The notes: generated by a model not told the origin, from the sequence alone. 64,000 nt of DNA from an uncultured bacterium (GCA_963749495.1 CAVVMW010000010.1:256001-320000); one strand, 5' to 3'. Counted from the stretch's first letter, positions 1 to 11,494 are shown. Numbers and translations: made by a program.

Positions 1-609
1 AACGGCGGTTATGTGAATGGCGGAGGGTGGTACCACTATTATGATTTCGCTACCGATGTCGCGATGTGGGGCGCGCACTCGGTTGCCCAGGCCCTGGCCG
101 GACTCGACATGGAAAACGTTTTCTTCATCGAGTTCGAGTATGAGGGGCCGGACGCGACGATGGTGACGCGTTTGTCCAGCGGGGTGAAGCTGGTTCTGTT
201 CCGAGTCAGCGGCTCGGTTTGGGAACCGTGCCAGTTCTGGCATGGCGCTTGCGGTGAGCGGTTCGATGGTCCCGAAGGATGGGCCGCCGCCGCCGACGGT
301 TATTCGAAACCCGATGTCTCATCGCCGTCGCTCTTGCTCGAATACAAGAAGGTGCTGGCGGAATATACGGGCCGGACGCAACGGCAGTTGAACCACGTGC
401 GGGATTTCTTTGACTGCATCCGGTCGCGCCGGCTCACGGTGGCCAATCCTGAAGTCATGTATCGGTCCATGAACATCTGCTTGGCTGCCGACATTTGCGA
501 GCAATTGAAGCGAAACCTGAAGTTCGATCTGCGCAAGGCTGAGTTTGTCGGTGATCCCGAAGCCAACCGGCTGCGGTCTCGCGCGATGCGCGCGCCATTC
601 ACGGTCTAA
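1..609 (+). CDS. Gfo/Idh/MocA family oxidoreductase, C-terminal part (5' end outside window)
   Basis: WYHYYDFATDVAMWGAH, HVRDFFDCIRSR and GDPEANRLRSRAMRAPF are typical C-terminal motifs. Confidence 0.85.
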   Translation, partial: NGGYVNGGGWYHYYDFATDVAMWGAHSVAQALAGLDMENVFFIEFEYEGPDATMVTRLSSGVKLVLFRVSGSVWEPCQFWHGACGERFDGPEGWAAAADGYSKPDVSSPSLLLEYKKVLAEYTGRTQRQLNHVRDFFDCIRSRRLTVANPEVMYRSMNICLAADICEQLKRNLKFDLRKAEFVGDPEANRLRSRAMRAPFTV

Positions 610-633
610 TTCAACTACTGAGGACCCCCTACC

Positions 634-2528
634 ATGAAACAACTCTTCTTCGCCGTTCTCCTGCTCGCCGGCACTGCATTCGCCCAGGAAGACAAATTCA
701 TCGCCATCCTCAAGTCGGACGCGCCGCCGAAGGAAAAAGCCGATGCCTGCCGGGAGTTGGCGCGCGTCGGCACCAAGCAAGCCGTGCCGGCGCTTGCGCC
801 GCTGCTCGCTGATGAAACACTCTCGCACATGGCTCGGTTCGCGCTCGAACCGATCACCGATCCATCCGTTGACGCGGCGTTGCGCGAAGCGCTCGGCAAA
901 CTCAAAGGCCGGTTGCTCATCGGCGTCATCGGCAGTCTCGGCGTCCGCAAGGACACGGAGGCCATCGAGCCGCTCGCCAAATTCCTGGCCGAGACCGATC
1001 CCGCCGTGGCGCAGGCAGCGGCGCGAGCGCTGGGCAGCATCGGCGGCGCGGCGGTGCAGGCGCTGGAGGGCGCCTTATCCACCGCTTCACCGGCCAGCCG
1101 GCTTGCCGTCTGCGAAGGATTGTTCCGATGCGCTGAGGCGATGTCAAATGGCGCCGCATTTTTAATCTACGACAAAGTCCGAACGCTGCCGAACCTGCCG
1201 CAGCAGGCGCGCGTCGCTGCATTGCGGGGCGCGATCCGGAGCGCCTGGCGGCAAAGGTGTGCCGCTGATGACCGAGGCAATCCGGACCGAATCTGTACGT
1301 GCCGGCGGCCGACGCGATACGGATTTCGATGGAGATGCCGGGCGCTGTTGTGACCCGGGCACTGGTCTGGGAACTCGAGCAAGCGAGCGAGGAAAAGCAG
1401 CTTTTGCTGCTGCAAGCGCTTGGCTATCGGGGCGACGCTACCGCGGCACCCGCGCTGGTGCCCCTGGCGCAGAACGGTTCCGCCACCCGGCGCATCGCGG
1501 CGATCCGCAGCCTGGTGCAGCTCGCCAACCCATCGTCGCTCCCGGTGCTGGCCGCGTTGGCTAAAGATCCCGAGGCGACCGTGTCGAGCGCGGCGCTGGC
1601 CGGGCTGATCGGTTTCCCCGGCAAGGAGGCGGACGTGGCGGTGGTGGCGTTGTTGAGCGGATCGGATGCGAAAATCCGCATCGCGGTCATCGAAGCGGTT
1701 GGCCAGCGCCGCATCACGACGGCGGTCCCGGCGTTGCTGGAAGCTGCAGGTGACGCGGATGCCGGTGTGGCGAGCGCCAGTTTCAAGGTGCTCGGCGAAC
1801 TCGCCGGTGTGGCGGAAATCCCCGGCGTGGTTGACGCCATGTTTCAGGCCAAGGCCATAGCGGCGGCCGAGACTGCGTTATCGGCGATCTGTGCCCGGCA
1901 ACCGGACACGACAATTTGCACTGACAAGCTGCTGCCAAGCCTGGCGAAGGCGCAGGGCGAACCGAAACTCGCGTTGCTGCGTGTCCTGGGCACGGTTGGC
2001 GGCCCTAAGGCGTTGGGCGCGGTGCGCGCGGCAGCGGCCGATTCCGACCAGTCAGTCAAGGAAACGGTGCTGCGGGCTCTCTGCGACTGGCCCACAGTCG
2101 ATGCGTTGCCCGACCTGGCGCAGATCGTCAGGACGAATGTGGACACGAAGTTCAAACTCCTCGCGCTACGCGGCCAACTCCGCTTGATCCCGATGCAGAC
2201 GGTGGCCGACGCTCAGAAACTGTCGCAGTTGAAGCACATACTGCCCTTGCTCGAGCACAAGGAGGAACAGCGCCTCGCGCTGGTCACCCTGGGCGACCTT
2301 CCCAGCGCGGAGTCACTTGCGCTGATCTTGCCGTACTTGACCGGCGAAGGATTAAAGGAGGAAGCGAGCGTCGCGGCCGTGGCAATTGCCGAAAAAATCG
2401 TTGCCAGCCACCCGGCAGAAGTCGCCGAGGCGATGAAGCTGGTCCAGACGAACAACAGCCAACTGGCCGGGCGCGCCCGGCAATTGTCGGCGCGTGCCAA
2501 ATCAGGAACATCCGCCTCAAAGAACTGA
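634..2528 (+). CDS. Secreted HEAT-repeat protein, split by two frameshifts near 1250 and 1295
   Basis: Signal peptide MKQLFFAVLLLAGTAFA; HEAT-like helices continue across ORFs 634..1353, the start of 1259.. and 1299..2528. Confidence 0.8.
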
Positions 2529-2592
2529 AGTGATGCGGTGCAAGGTTAGGTAATTGGCGTCATGATGATAATCAGCAATCGTTCGCCCGGCC

Positions 2593-4507
2593 ATGAACAC
2601 CACTTGCCAACTCCTCATCGGAATCGGCCTCCTAACCGCAGCCAGCCGGAGTTCCGCGGGGGCGCCCAGGATCACCACCGACCAGGACACCGTGCGGTTA
2701 GTCTCTGAGCATCTCGATGTCAGGGTGTCCCTCCGACAACCGGCGTTGGTGTCGTTGGGGGTGGACAGCCTGGGACTCAACGAGTGGGGCGCAAATTCCC
2801 TGCGCCCGCCGGCGCCCGTCTCCGCGCCCTTCCATGTGCGATGCGAAACAAACCCCGCGTTACGCCTCGAGTACAGCCACTCTGACCAGACCGCCGCCCA
2901 TCCGGGCGGATGGCGAATCGAGGTTGCAGAGCGGAGCATACGTCTGCTCTCCCGCTGGAGCGAAGCCGAAAAGCCGGAGGGCCTGGTGCTGGAATTTGAC
3001 CCGCACCGGTGTCACGTCACCCTGCTGGGCCTGTTCAACGAAGACGGCTCCATCCGCCTGCCCGCCGTTCTGCACTTCCCCGAACCAGGGGTCTTTCCGG
3101 GTTACGGCAGATGGAGGTGCGGACCTGGCGCTGGGCTACGACGCGCGCCGGGCGGGTGAAGGCTACATCAAAGTGACCTTTCCGCCGGCAACTCCGGCCC
3201 GCCCTCGAATCGAGTACCGATGGGAGGTAGCCGCCATCCATCCAAAGCTGTCGGATTTGGAGGGAGACCGGCGCCTCGACGGGTTCCGGCGAAACTGGCT
3301 GAACGTGTTGCAGGTGAATCCGCGGCTGCGGGTGCTGGCCAACCATGCGGCGAGCGACACGTGCGCTTTCTGCCTTTACGAATATGCCGACATCGCGCGC
3401 CATAGCCCGTTGCTGGTGGGGAATCTTGGCGCCCTGGACCTGGTTCGGCAGTCCTTGGATCGTTACCTGGATGGGTTGGCGGGTTACGGTCTGCCGGGCA
3501 ATATCGCGTTCGATACAGGCGGCGCCCAACCCACGCGTGATCCGCCTTACCTGGACAGCTATCCGTCGTTGTTGATTGCCGCCGCCGACTATGTCGCCGG
3601 CAGCCGCAACCAGGTCTGGCTCCAGAGACAATACCCTCGCCTCAAGGACTGGGGCGACAAGCTGCTGGCCATGGGTGCCGACGGCAACGGCCTCTTCAAA
3701 TATCCCTACAGTGGCAACTCCGGTTCCTGGTCCGGCAAGGGCGACAAACGCCCGTCCAATTGGTGGGATACAATCGGCTTCGGCCATGAGGACGCCTACG
3801 CCAATGCCCTGGCCCACCGCGCCCTCCGGGGCCTCGAGGAGCTGTCCGCCAAACTGGGCAAAACCAACGACGTCGCTCGCTGGCGCGCGGCGGCCGACAA
3901 ATTGCGCGCCGCCTATTTCAAGGCCTTCTACAACCCGGCCACCGGTGTCCTGGCCGGCTGGCGAAGCGCGGACGGCCAACTCCACGACTATTACTTTCTC
4001 TTTGTAAACGGCATCGCCATTCACTACGGGCTGGTGGCCGAAGAAAAGGCAAATGCCATCATGGATCGGCTCCTGGAGAAAATGAAAGCCGTCGGCTATA
4101 CCCGCTTTGATCTGGGACTGCCCGGCAACTTGATCCCGGTCGCCCGGAAAGACTACGCGCATCTGGAGCGCCGGTGGGGCGGCGGCGAAAAGGAGGACAA
4201 CTCCGACGGGTTCCAGATCTACGAGAACGGGGGCGCCACCGCCTGCTTCGCCTACTTCACCCTGGCGGCGTTGTATGATCTGGGCCGTCGGGAGCAGGCT
4301 GATCGCCTCCTTTTTCCCATGCTCGAGGCCTTTGCGAAAGGCGCCTTTCAGGGCCAGGCGGCCAATGGCCGGAGCAACGACTGGAAGGCCTGGGACGGAA
4401 CGCCCTGGGGTTACGAAGGCTTCCTGGTGGACAACTATTACGCGCTGCTGGCGGTGCTCACCCGGGAGGGCCTGGACCAGACCGGGGCATCACCCGCGCG
4501 GCACTGA
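2593..4507 (+). CDS. Secreted (alpha/alpha)6-barrel glycoside hydrolase-like protein, frameshift near 3080
   Basis: Signal peptide in 2593..3159; continues in 2717..4507 with SNWWDTIGFGHEDAYANAL and FQIYENGG motifs. Confidence 0.65.
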
Positions 4508-4527
4508 CCAAGCGATTTTAGCAAACC

Positions 4528-4629
4528 CTATTCCTTCACGACCTTGATCTCGCCCCAGAGTTGGGGTGTCAGGAACAGCGTCGTGCCCGCGAGGGCAAGG
4601 AACATACGCCGTGCCATGACCAATCTCAT
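4528..4629 (-). pseudogene. Probable 5' remnant (signal peptide only) of a secreted protein gene
   Basis: MRLVMARRMFLALAGTTLFLTPQLWGEIKVVKE* starts 1 nt after the DUF2961 stop. Confidence 0.4.
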
Positions 4630-4630
4630 C

Positions 4631-5731
4631 CTACTGGGTTGGTCCGCCCGCGCGGCTGGGCGCGGAGCGTTCGCTGAAGGGTTGTAGCGTGAAGGTCTGA
4701 TGCGGCTCCTCCTGGTACCAGAAGGCCACGCTTGTGTAGTCATCGGCGTCGCTCGTGGTCGGCGTGCCGTTGTTGTGCTGGTTCTGGATTTGGACTCTGA
4801 GCGACTGTTGGAAACGCACCGGGTTGGCCAAGTACCAGCGATACATCCGATGGTCGCCCTTTTCCATCTGCAGGTAGCCGCTGTAAAGATACGAATAGGT
4901 GTGTTCGAAACCCCAGCACGAGCCGTACTCGTCTTCGGTGCCCGGGGTGTGGGCCATCGGCTGGCCGTCGAGCTCAAAGATCGTGTCCCCTTCGCCCCAC
5001 CAGCCGCGAAATTGGGTGTGGACTTGGAGAAAACCCCCGACGTAATGACCGCGCCCTCGCGCATCCAGGAGCGTGTGCAGACCGTTCTTGACCGGGTTGC
5101 TCCTGTGCCACGCGCAGTGCAACCGGCTTTTCTCTTGTGCGAAAGCCGCGCCCGCCTCGTAATCGATGCCGTAGGCCACACTTTGCGAGTAGTCCCGGTC
5201 GCCGTCATTCGCCAAAACGAACCGGGCTCGCCGCGAAAAGGGCATGGGCAGATAACACATGTAGCAGGCGTGGTTGATCTGCATGGGCGCGGACTGATAA
5301 TCGATGGTCTTGCCGCCCATGGCACCGAAGAAGTCCGAAAGCGGCGCTTGGATGCTGGGTTCCGTTTCATCATCCCAGAACACCTTGAGCACCAGCCCGG
5401 GAAACCACCGCACCTGGGTGTCGTCGGTGATATAAAAGTAGGTCACTTTGCCGGGGCCTTTCAGGTCGGCCAGCGGGGCTTCCTGGCCCTTGGCCAAGGA
5501 CATCTGGTGATACTCCATGTGGGTGCGAGAGACGCCATCCTTGACCAGATACAAGTCCTGCAACGATTGGGCCTGGCTCAACCGTGGCCCGCCGAGGAAC
5601 ACTGCCGCGAGGACGGGTGCAAAAGGGGCTATCCGATAGCGGAGACGACAAAAGCCCGGACGAGGCCCCGTCCGTGGAGGCCGAGAGGGTTCGAGGGTGT
5701 CAAAATCGCATCGCGCGGGCATGTATTTCAT
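4631..5731 (-). CDS. DUF2961 / GH172 family glycoside hydrolase
   Basis: LKVFWDDETEPSIQAPLSDFFG, CYLPMPF, WWGEGD, GTEDEYGSCWGF and SVAFWYQEEPH motifs; start codon uncertain. Confidence 0.88.
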   Translation of the reverse strand: MKYMPARCDFDTLEPSRPPRTGPRPGFCRLRYRIAPFAPVLAAVFLGGPRLSQAQSLQDLYLVKDGVSRTHMEYHQMSLAKGQEAPLADLKGPGKVTYFYITDDTQVRWFPGLVLKVFWDDETEPSIQAPLSDFFGAMGGKTIDYQSAPMQINHACYMCYLPMPFSRRARFVLANDGDRDYSQSVAYGIDYEAGAAFAQEKSRLHCAWHRSNPVKNGLHTLLDARGRGHYVGGFLQVHTQFRGWWGEGDTIFELDGQPMAHTPGTEDEYGSCWGFEHTYSYLYSGYLQMEKGDHRMYRWYLANPVRFQQSLRVQIQNQHNNGTPTTSDADDYTSVAFWYQEEPHQTFTLQPFSERSAPSRAGGPTQ

Positions 5732-5833
5732 TTCGAAAGTTCGACGGATGGACAATGACCGTTCTTCAAAATAGCGAACCGAATTTTCCGGAAACTGAAT
5801 CAGTCTGCCGCCCTCGCCGTCAGAACATCTGTT

Positions 5834-6088
5834 ATGGGAAAGCCAATTCTCTTTCTGCTCGCATTGCTGTCTGCCGTTGCGGCGCCTGCCGCCGCGGAAC
5901 TCGCCGTGGATTTCTCCAAAACGAACGGCCTCATCCGCCCGCTGCACGGCGTGAACCTGGGACCGCTATGTTATCGCGGCATGGTGGACCTGTCCGCCTA
6001 TCACCGCGAGCTGCGCCTGCCCCTCAGGCGCCTGCACGATGTCGTGTGCGTGAATTGCGATGCCGTGGACATCAGCACGATCTTTTGA
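5834..6088 (+). pseudogene. Truncated GH39-like glycoside hydrolase (N-terminus only)
   Basis: Signal peptide, then VDFSKTNGLIRPLHGVNLGP...RLHD...VDISTIF and a stop; no continuation seen in other frames. Confidence 0.6.
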
Positions 6089-6164
6089 GTTGGCCTGTTC
6101 AAACGGCGCGAAGCGTGCAAGAATCTTCTGGTGAGGACGCGTTCCACAACGTTCCACAATTTGC

Positions 6165-8543
6165 ATGAGCGTAAAGCCTTTAGAACGGATTCCGCCGGCC
6201 CTCCGCGGGTGCGCCTGCTGGCCTGGCGGCCTATGGCCGGGTTTTGCGGCGGTGGCCATCGTGCCGGCGCTGTTGTTCCTGGCTTCAGGCAGGCTCACGA
6301 CGGGCGGGGAGATCTCCCTTCAGAATGATTCCTGCGCCGTGGCTTTTGATCCTGCCACCCTGGCCGTGACGTTGCGAAGGGGCGAGCAGCCTGCAATCCT
6401 GGCGTCCGCTCCCCAGACCGACCTGGGGAACGTGGCGGGCTTGGAAAGAAGCGCCACCCAAGCCCGGTGGTCGCTGCCCGAGCGAAAGGTGTCCGTGACA
6501 TTCGAGTTGGAGGGCAACCGTTTGCTGGCCCATGTCCTGGCCGGGGAACCGGGCGAGTTCACTTTCCCGGTTATCCCCGAGACGGCTTCGGCGAAGGGCT
6601 GGATTCTGCCATTCTTTGAAGGGGTATATGCCCCGTGTGGCGATGCCAGGTGGGCGTCCCACCTCACCAATTGCGGAAAGCTGAACACGACGGCCGATTT
6701 GACCCTGCCCTTCCTGGGGCTGGATTACGGCAGTTCGACGCTGACTTGCATCCTGACCAATCCGTTCAACAACCAACTGGAGTTTCGGCGAGCGCCGGAC
6801 AAGGCGTTGCATGCGCGGTTGACCCACCAGTTCACCCGCAATCATCCCGTGAAGGAATACGAGGTGGTCTTCGAGGTGGGAACAAACTCACTGGTCGAAC
6901 CCGCCCGCTTATACCGGCAGTGGCTCATCCAGCGGGGCGAATTTGTCAGCTTCAAGGACAAGATCCGGAAGACGCCCGAGGCCGAGAAACTCCTGGGCGC
7001 CGCGCACGCCTATCTTTGGGGCCGCGAACTGCTGGCCCAGGCGGATGGGACTGACTGGAAGAAGTTTGCCCGGGAACTCAAGGCCCGGGGCGAAGCGCTC
7101 GCGGCGTCACCCGCCAGGCGGGTTTGGTCCTTAATGAAGCCGGAGGCCAGGGACTTTGTGACCAAACTCATTCAAACCGAATGGCCGGACAGTTACATGG
7201 AGTCCCAAATCGCCGCGGACCTCAACCGTTTGCTCAAGCAGCGTGACCTTTATGACGAAGCGGCCTGGCGTGGCGTCGCGCTGGACCCGGTGAGCGCTGC
7301 CTTGTTGAAATCCGACCAGAGCAAGTTGAGCCAAGCGGAGTTGTGCCGGCTGAACTCGCACTTGCTGGCAGCCGCATTTCCAAACCTCGTGGCAAGGCCG
7401 GAGACGTGGGGCAACGGGACCTCGCCTAAGATGATCCAGCAGCTTGCGGCAGCGGGCTTCGACCGCCTTTGGCTCGGCAGTGATGGTTGGGATGGCTTCA
7501 TCGACCGCCCGGAAACCGTTGCCGCGGCGAAAAAGGCGGGCTTCCTCATCGGCCCTTACGATTCGTATCATACCATTCATCGTCCGAACGAGCCGGATAC
7601 CTGGGAGACCGCGCAGTTCGACCCGGCGCTCTGTGAAACCGGGGCCATCGTCAATGCCGACGGCGGCAAATCGCGCGGATTCAAGCAAAAAGGCTTCCAT
7701 CTGAGCCCCGACGCAGCGCGGCCCTTCGTGGAGAAACGCGTGTCGGGTTTAATGGCGGCCTTCCATGCCAACTCATGGTTCATCGACTGCGACGGGTTCG
7801 GGGAGTACTTTGACGATTACTCGGACAAGCATCCGGCGACGCAGCAATCCGACATGCAGTCCCGCATCTCGCGCATGGCGTGGATTCGCGACACGTTTGG
7901 CGCGGTGATCGGCACCGAAGGCTGCTCTGCCGGCGTGGCCGGGGCCATTCATTTTGCCCATGGCGTCATGACGCCTGTCATTGGCTGGGGCGACCCCGAC
8001 ATGAACAACAAGCAATCGAAGTATTATCTCGGGGCCTATTACCCTCCCGAGGAGCCCCAGGTCTTTTTCAAGCCCGTGCCGCTCAAAGAGGAATACCGCT
8101 ACATTTACTTCGAGCCGCGGTTCAGACTGCCGCTCTTTCAGACGGTATTCCATGACTCGGTAATCGCCACGCACCATTGGTCATTTGCCAGCATGAAGGC
8201 CAGGGACCAGGCCAAGACCGTGGAACTGCTGGAGCTGCTCTATCAGGTTCCGCCGCTCTACCACTTGAACGTGCGGGAGTTTCAAAAACGCAAGGCGCAA
8301 CTCAAAAGGCATTACGAGTTTTTCTCGCCGCTGCACCGGGAGACCGCGTTGTTGCCGATGACTAGCTTCCGATGGCTGACTCCCGACGGCACGGTCCAGC
8401 GCACCACCTTTGGCGAGAAGATCGAAGTGGTCGCCAACTTCGGCTCCAGTGACTTCCGTTACGGCGACACGACGCTCCGGAAGGAGAGCATTTTGGTCCG
8501 GAGGCGTGGCAGCGTGAAGACAGAGGCGTATGTCCCCCGATAA
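6165..8543 (+). CDS. GH129-like glycoside hydrolase
   Basis: KLLGAAHAYLWG, GPYDSYH, WFIDCDGFGEYFDDY, LPLFQTVFHDSVIATHHW. Confidence 0.7.
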   Translation: MSVKPLERIPPALRGCACWPGGLWPGFAAVAIVPALLFLASGRLTTGGEISLQNDSCAVAFDPATLAVTLRRGEQPAILASAPQTDLGNVAGLERSATQARWSLPERKVSVTFELEGNRLLAHVLAGEPGEFTFPVIPETASAKGWILPFFEGVYAPCGDARWASHLTNCGKLNTTADLTLPFLGLDYGSSTLTCILTNPFNNQLEFRRAPDKALHARLTHQFTRNHPVKEYEVVFEVGTNSLVEPARLYRQWLIQRGEFVSFKDKIRKTPEAEKLLGAAHAYLWGRELLAQADGTDWKKFARELKARGEALAASPARRVWSLMKPEARDFVTKLIQTEWPDSYMESQIAADLNRLLKQRDLYDEAAWRGVALDPVSAALLKSDQSKLSQAELCRLNSHLLAAAFPNLVARPETWGNGTSPKMIQQLAAAGFDRLWLGSDGWDGFIDRPETVAAAKKAGFLIGPYDSYHTIHRPNEPDTWETAQFDPALCETGAIVNADGGKSRGFKQKGFHLSPDAARPFVEKRVSGLMAAFHANSWFIDCDGFGEYFDDYSDKHPATQQSDMQSRISRMAWIRDTFGAVIGTEGCSAGVAGAIHFAHGVMTPVIGWGDPDMNNKQSKYYLGAYYPPEEPQVFFKPVPLKEEYRYIYFEPRFRLPLFQTVFHDSVIATHHWSFASMKARDQAKTVELLELLYQVPPLYHLNVREFQKRKAQLKRHYEFFSPLHRETALLPMTSFRWLTPDGTVQRTTFGEKIEVVANFGSSDFRYGDTTLRKESILVRRRGSVKTEAYVPR

Positions 8544-8677
8544 GAAGTAGATTCGCTACTGTGGCCTCCAGATCCTTCGGACCGGGCTGAAGTCCCTTGA
8601 TGTCCACCACCCGGCTCGCTGCGAGGCATGGCCCGACGAACACATGGGTGCGGCTCTCAGCCTCACAGAAAGGCTCA

Positions 8678-11482
8678 TCATTGGCCTTTCTCTTTTTCGC
8701 CGGCGCTCAGCCTGAAGCTGGCGGGCGCGAACGCACCGAGGCGGACAGTGAACGCCCCGGCGTGGACAGGGGTTGATTGCCCGGCAGGCTGGCCGCGCAG
8801 ATCCACCGGTTGAGCGTTGGCGGCGTTCAGGCCCTTGGGCAGCCGGACTTGGCATTTGCCGGAGCTGCCGCCATACTCCCAGAGCCGAAGCAGGGTGCCC
8901 TCGCCATCCGGGTCCGGGCAAAAAGCGGTGACGGCGACCCCCGGGCGAGAAAGGGCCAAGCCGCGTTGGGCCGGCGGCAAGCGACCCGGGGCGCCATCGG
9001 CCAGGGCGGCCAACAGAGGCTGGCGGGCTTCGAGCGAGGGGGCCGCCAAGCCGGTGGTGTTATCGAATCGGCTGAAACTCCACAGACGCACGCGTGAGGT
9101 CCAGGTGCCTGAGTTCCAAAGCCGGAAATTGGTGCTCCACTGGTTGTTGAAGAGATTGATGAAGACGCTGGGTTTGCGCGGCAGGAAATCCGGGGAGTAC
9201 TTGAAGCAGCCGGGCCGCTCCAGGCTCACAATCGGGCTGTCGAGCGGGCACAGGCCCACACCGCGGCCCTGCGCGTCGAACAGCGCCACGCCGGTATGGA
9301 TGGCCCCCAGGTCGTGGTTCGCCCCCGGCACGAAATCCCGCGTGGGGTCCTCGATCGCACCGAGCCGGCCGAGGCGGAATTGCGGCGCGTCCACTTTGAA
9401 CGGCAGGCAAATCCAGCCTGCCTCCGGCCACGAATCCGCCGGCTTGTCGTGCACCGTGATTTCGAGGTCGGCGCAGGCCAGGTCCGCGTAGAGCGTGAGC
9501 CGAGTGGTGACAGCGAAGGGCAGGGCAGTGCTTGGTGGGAAGCGCATGACGGCGGCCACCGCGCCGGGCGATCGCTCGAAGCTCAGCGTGCCTTCCGTCG
9601 GCGATGCCGCGCGATAGGGAACTTCGCTGGAGGGCGGCAGACTGGGCTTGCCCAGTTCCGTCACCGCCCAGTCCGCGCCAATCTTCACGTAGGCCTTCAC
9701 ATAAGCGGCGACCGTATCGGCATCAAACCGCTCGTAAAGCAGTTGGCCGAACCCATGCGCGGCGGCGGAGTCCACCAGTTCGCGCCCGGAGCGATTGTCC
9801 ACCAGGGACACAATTGCGCCTCGGGCCGAATCGAGCACCGCTTTGAAGCTGGGGCTTTCGAGCGAGCGCGCAGCCTCGTCCGCCCGTACGGCCGAGGGAC
9901 GAGCCGAAGCCGGGACAAACTGGTAAGTGCGATAGCCCGACGGGGGCAGGCCGCGCGCGACGAAGCAGAGGGCGCCGTCTTGGGTCCAGGCCGGGGCGGT
10001 TTCCCGCCCGCCAACCGGCTTGACGCCGGCACGGGGCGCAACTCCGCGCAGCCTCACCAGCCCATCGCGCTTCCAGGGCAACGGGTTGAAGACCACGACG
10101 CGCTCGCCCGGGACCTTGACCGAGCGCGCCAGCAGGCTCAATTCCTGGTCCAGAACCGGCTGGGCCAGGTCGCGCGCCTTCTCGATGTAAGCCGAGTGTT
10201 CCGCCCAGGAGGCCTCGATTTTGTTGAAGCGGCCGGCGGCCCGTTGTTCTTTCCAGGCCTGGCCGTACCAATACCCCGAATGCTGCGAGTATTGCTCGAC
10301 GATCCAATAAAGCGCGCCGCCCCAGGTATGCTCGCTGTAGAGCAGGCTCTGCTCGCGAGCGGCCGCCAGGACCGGCGCCGGCGAGCCAGGCAGCCCGATC
10401 CCCCACGCAGCCAACTGTGTGTCCAGCCCTTCCGCCACGCCCAGGAGCGGCCGGAGATTGCGGGCGAGCCGCGCGCCGGCCGGGTCGCACATCGGCCCGT
10501 GAATCCACGTGTCCGGCATGTCGCCGCGCACGACCGGAATGGGCGCTGTCTCGGCCAGGATGGCGTCCGCGAAATCGGAGAGGCGGCCGATGCGAACTTT
10601 CACTCCGGGCAACATCTGCTTTCCCTCGGCGAGGACCTTTGCCACTTCTTCGGGGCGGGGCGGGCCGTGGTTGTCACCGGTGTGGATGAGCGCCAGCCAG
10701 GTCTGGTAAGGCCAGTCTGCCGGCGGCGCCAAACCCGTGCCGTAGCCCGTGGCCGAGTACATGGTCAGCAAACGGGAGCCATCGGGCCCTTCCCACCAGA
10801 AGAGCGTTGGCACCTGCGGGGAGCTGCTGGCGGCGTTGCAGCCCAGGTGGAGAAAATCCACGCCCGCGTGGCGCAGCAGCGTGGGCAGAATCCAGGAATG
10901 GCACGGCACGTCGGTCATCTTGGCATCGCGGGCCAACTCCAGCCCCAGGCCGCGCGCCAGCCGGGTGGAATAGCCCAACCCCCGCACGATGTCCTCCGGC
11001 TCGAGCAATTCCGTGTGCGTGCTGAAAGGGAGCGCGTGTACGACAAACCGGCCCTCCTTGAAGGCCTGCCGGATGCGCCGCTGCCGCTCGGGCAACCGGC
11101 CGGGCCAGTCCTCCAGCACCTTGGCCGCCGGCCAGCCCGGGATGGTCCAGACGAATCGTTGCTCGGGCGGCAGGAACCGGTTCTGGTCGACCACTTGGAG
11201 GGCGTCATCGATCATCGTGGTGCGGTAACGCTGCACGACATTCGATGCCATCTCGGTGTAGCCGATGTCAAAGTGCGTTTTGAAGGCAATGATGACCTGG
11301 CGGACGCCGGCGGCAGACGGCTCGGCGGCCAGCCCGGGCACCAGGGGCGAAAGCAGCAGCGTGGCCAGACAAGTGGCGGCACTGGCCAGTGAGAAGCGAG
11401 AAGGAAGAAAGGAGGATGCGGGGCGCCGGGTGCGGGGCATCCCGCCCCTGCCGCCGATCAGCCCGGGGATTGCGGTCTTCAT
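8678..11482 (-). CDS. GH38 (alpha-mannosidase-like) glycoside hydrolase
   Basis: KTHFDIGYT, TDVPCHSW, LFWWEGPDGSRLL, LLYSEHTWG, VVFNPLPWKR; signal peptide. Confidence 0.8.
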   Translation of the reverse strand: MKTAIPGLIGGRGGMPRTRRPASSFLPSRFSLASAATCLATLLLSPLVPGLAAEPSAAGVRQVIIAFKTHFDIGYTEMASNVVQRYRTTMIDDALQVVDQNRFLPPEQRFVWTIPGWPAAKVLEDWPGRLPERQRRIRQAFKEGRFVVHALPFSTHTELLEPEDIVRGLGYSTRLARGLGLELARDAKMTDVPCHSWILPTLLRHAGVDFLHLGCNAASSSPQVPTLFWWEGPDGSRLLTMYSATGYGTGLAPPADWPYQTWLALIHTGDNHGPPRPEEVAKVLAEGKQMLPGVKVRIGRLSDFADAILAETAPIPVVRGDMPDTWIHGPMCDPAGARLARNLRPLLGVAEGLDTQLAAWGIGLPGSPAPVLAAAREQSLLYSEHTWGGALYWIVEQYSQHSGYWYGQAWKEQRAAGRFNKIEASWAEHSAYIEKARDLAQPVLDQELSLLARSVKVPGERVVVFNPLPWKRDGLVRLRGVAPRAGVKPVGGRETAPAWTQDGALCFVARGLPPSGYRTYQFVPASARPSAVRADEAARSLESPSFKAVLDSARGAIVSLVDNRSGRELVDSAAAHGFGQLLYERFDADTVAAYVKAYVKIGADWAVTELGKPSLPPSSEVPYRAASPTEGTLSFERSPGAVAAVMRFPPSTALPFAVTTRLTLYADLACADLEITVHDKPADSWPEAGWICLPFKVDAPQFRLGRLGAIEDPTRDFVPGANHDLGAIHTGVALFDAQGRGVGLCPLDSPIVSLERPGCFKYSPDFLPRKPSVFINLFNNQWSTNFRLWNSGTWTSRVRLWSFSRFDNTTGLAAPSLEARQPLLAALADGAPGRLPPAQRGLALSRPGVAVTAFCPDPDGEGTLLRLWEYGGSSGKCQVRLPKGLNAANAQPVDLRGQPAGQSTPVHAGAFTVRLGAFAPASFRLSAGEKEKGQ

Positions 11483-11494
11483 GGTCCGAGAAAA

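Noticed and set aside
9296..11392. Long opposite-strand or off-frame ORFs (e.g. 9296..11392, 14194..15957, 34411..36093, 47736..49334, 57742..59130)
   Set aside because: Antisense shadows of well-supported genes, expected in high-GC DNA; no motifs of their own
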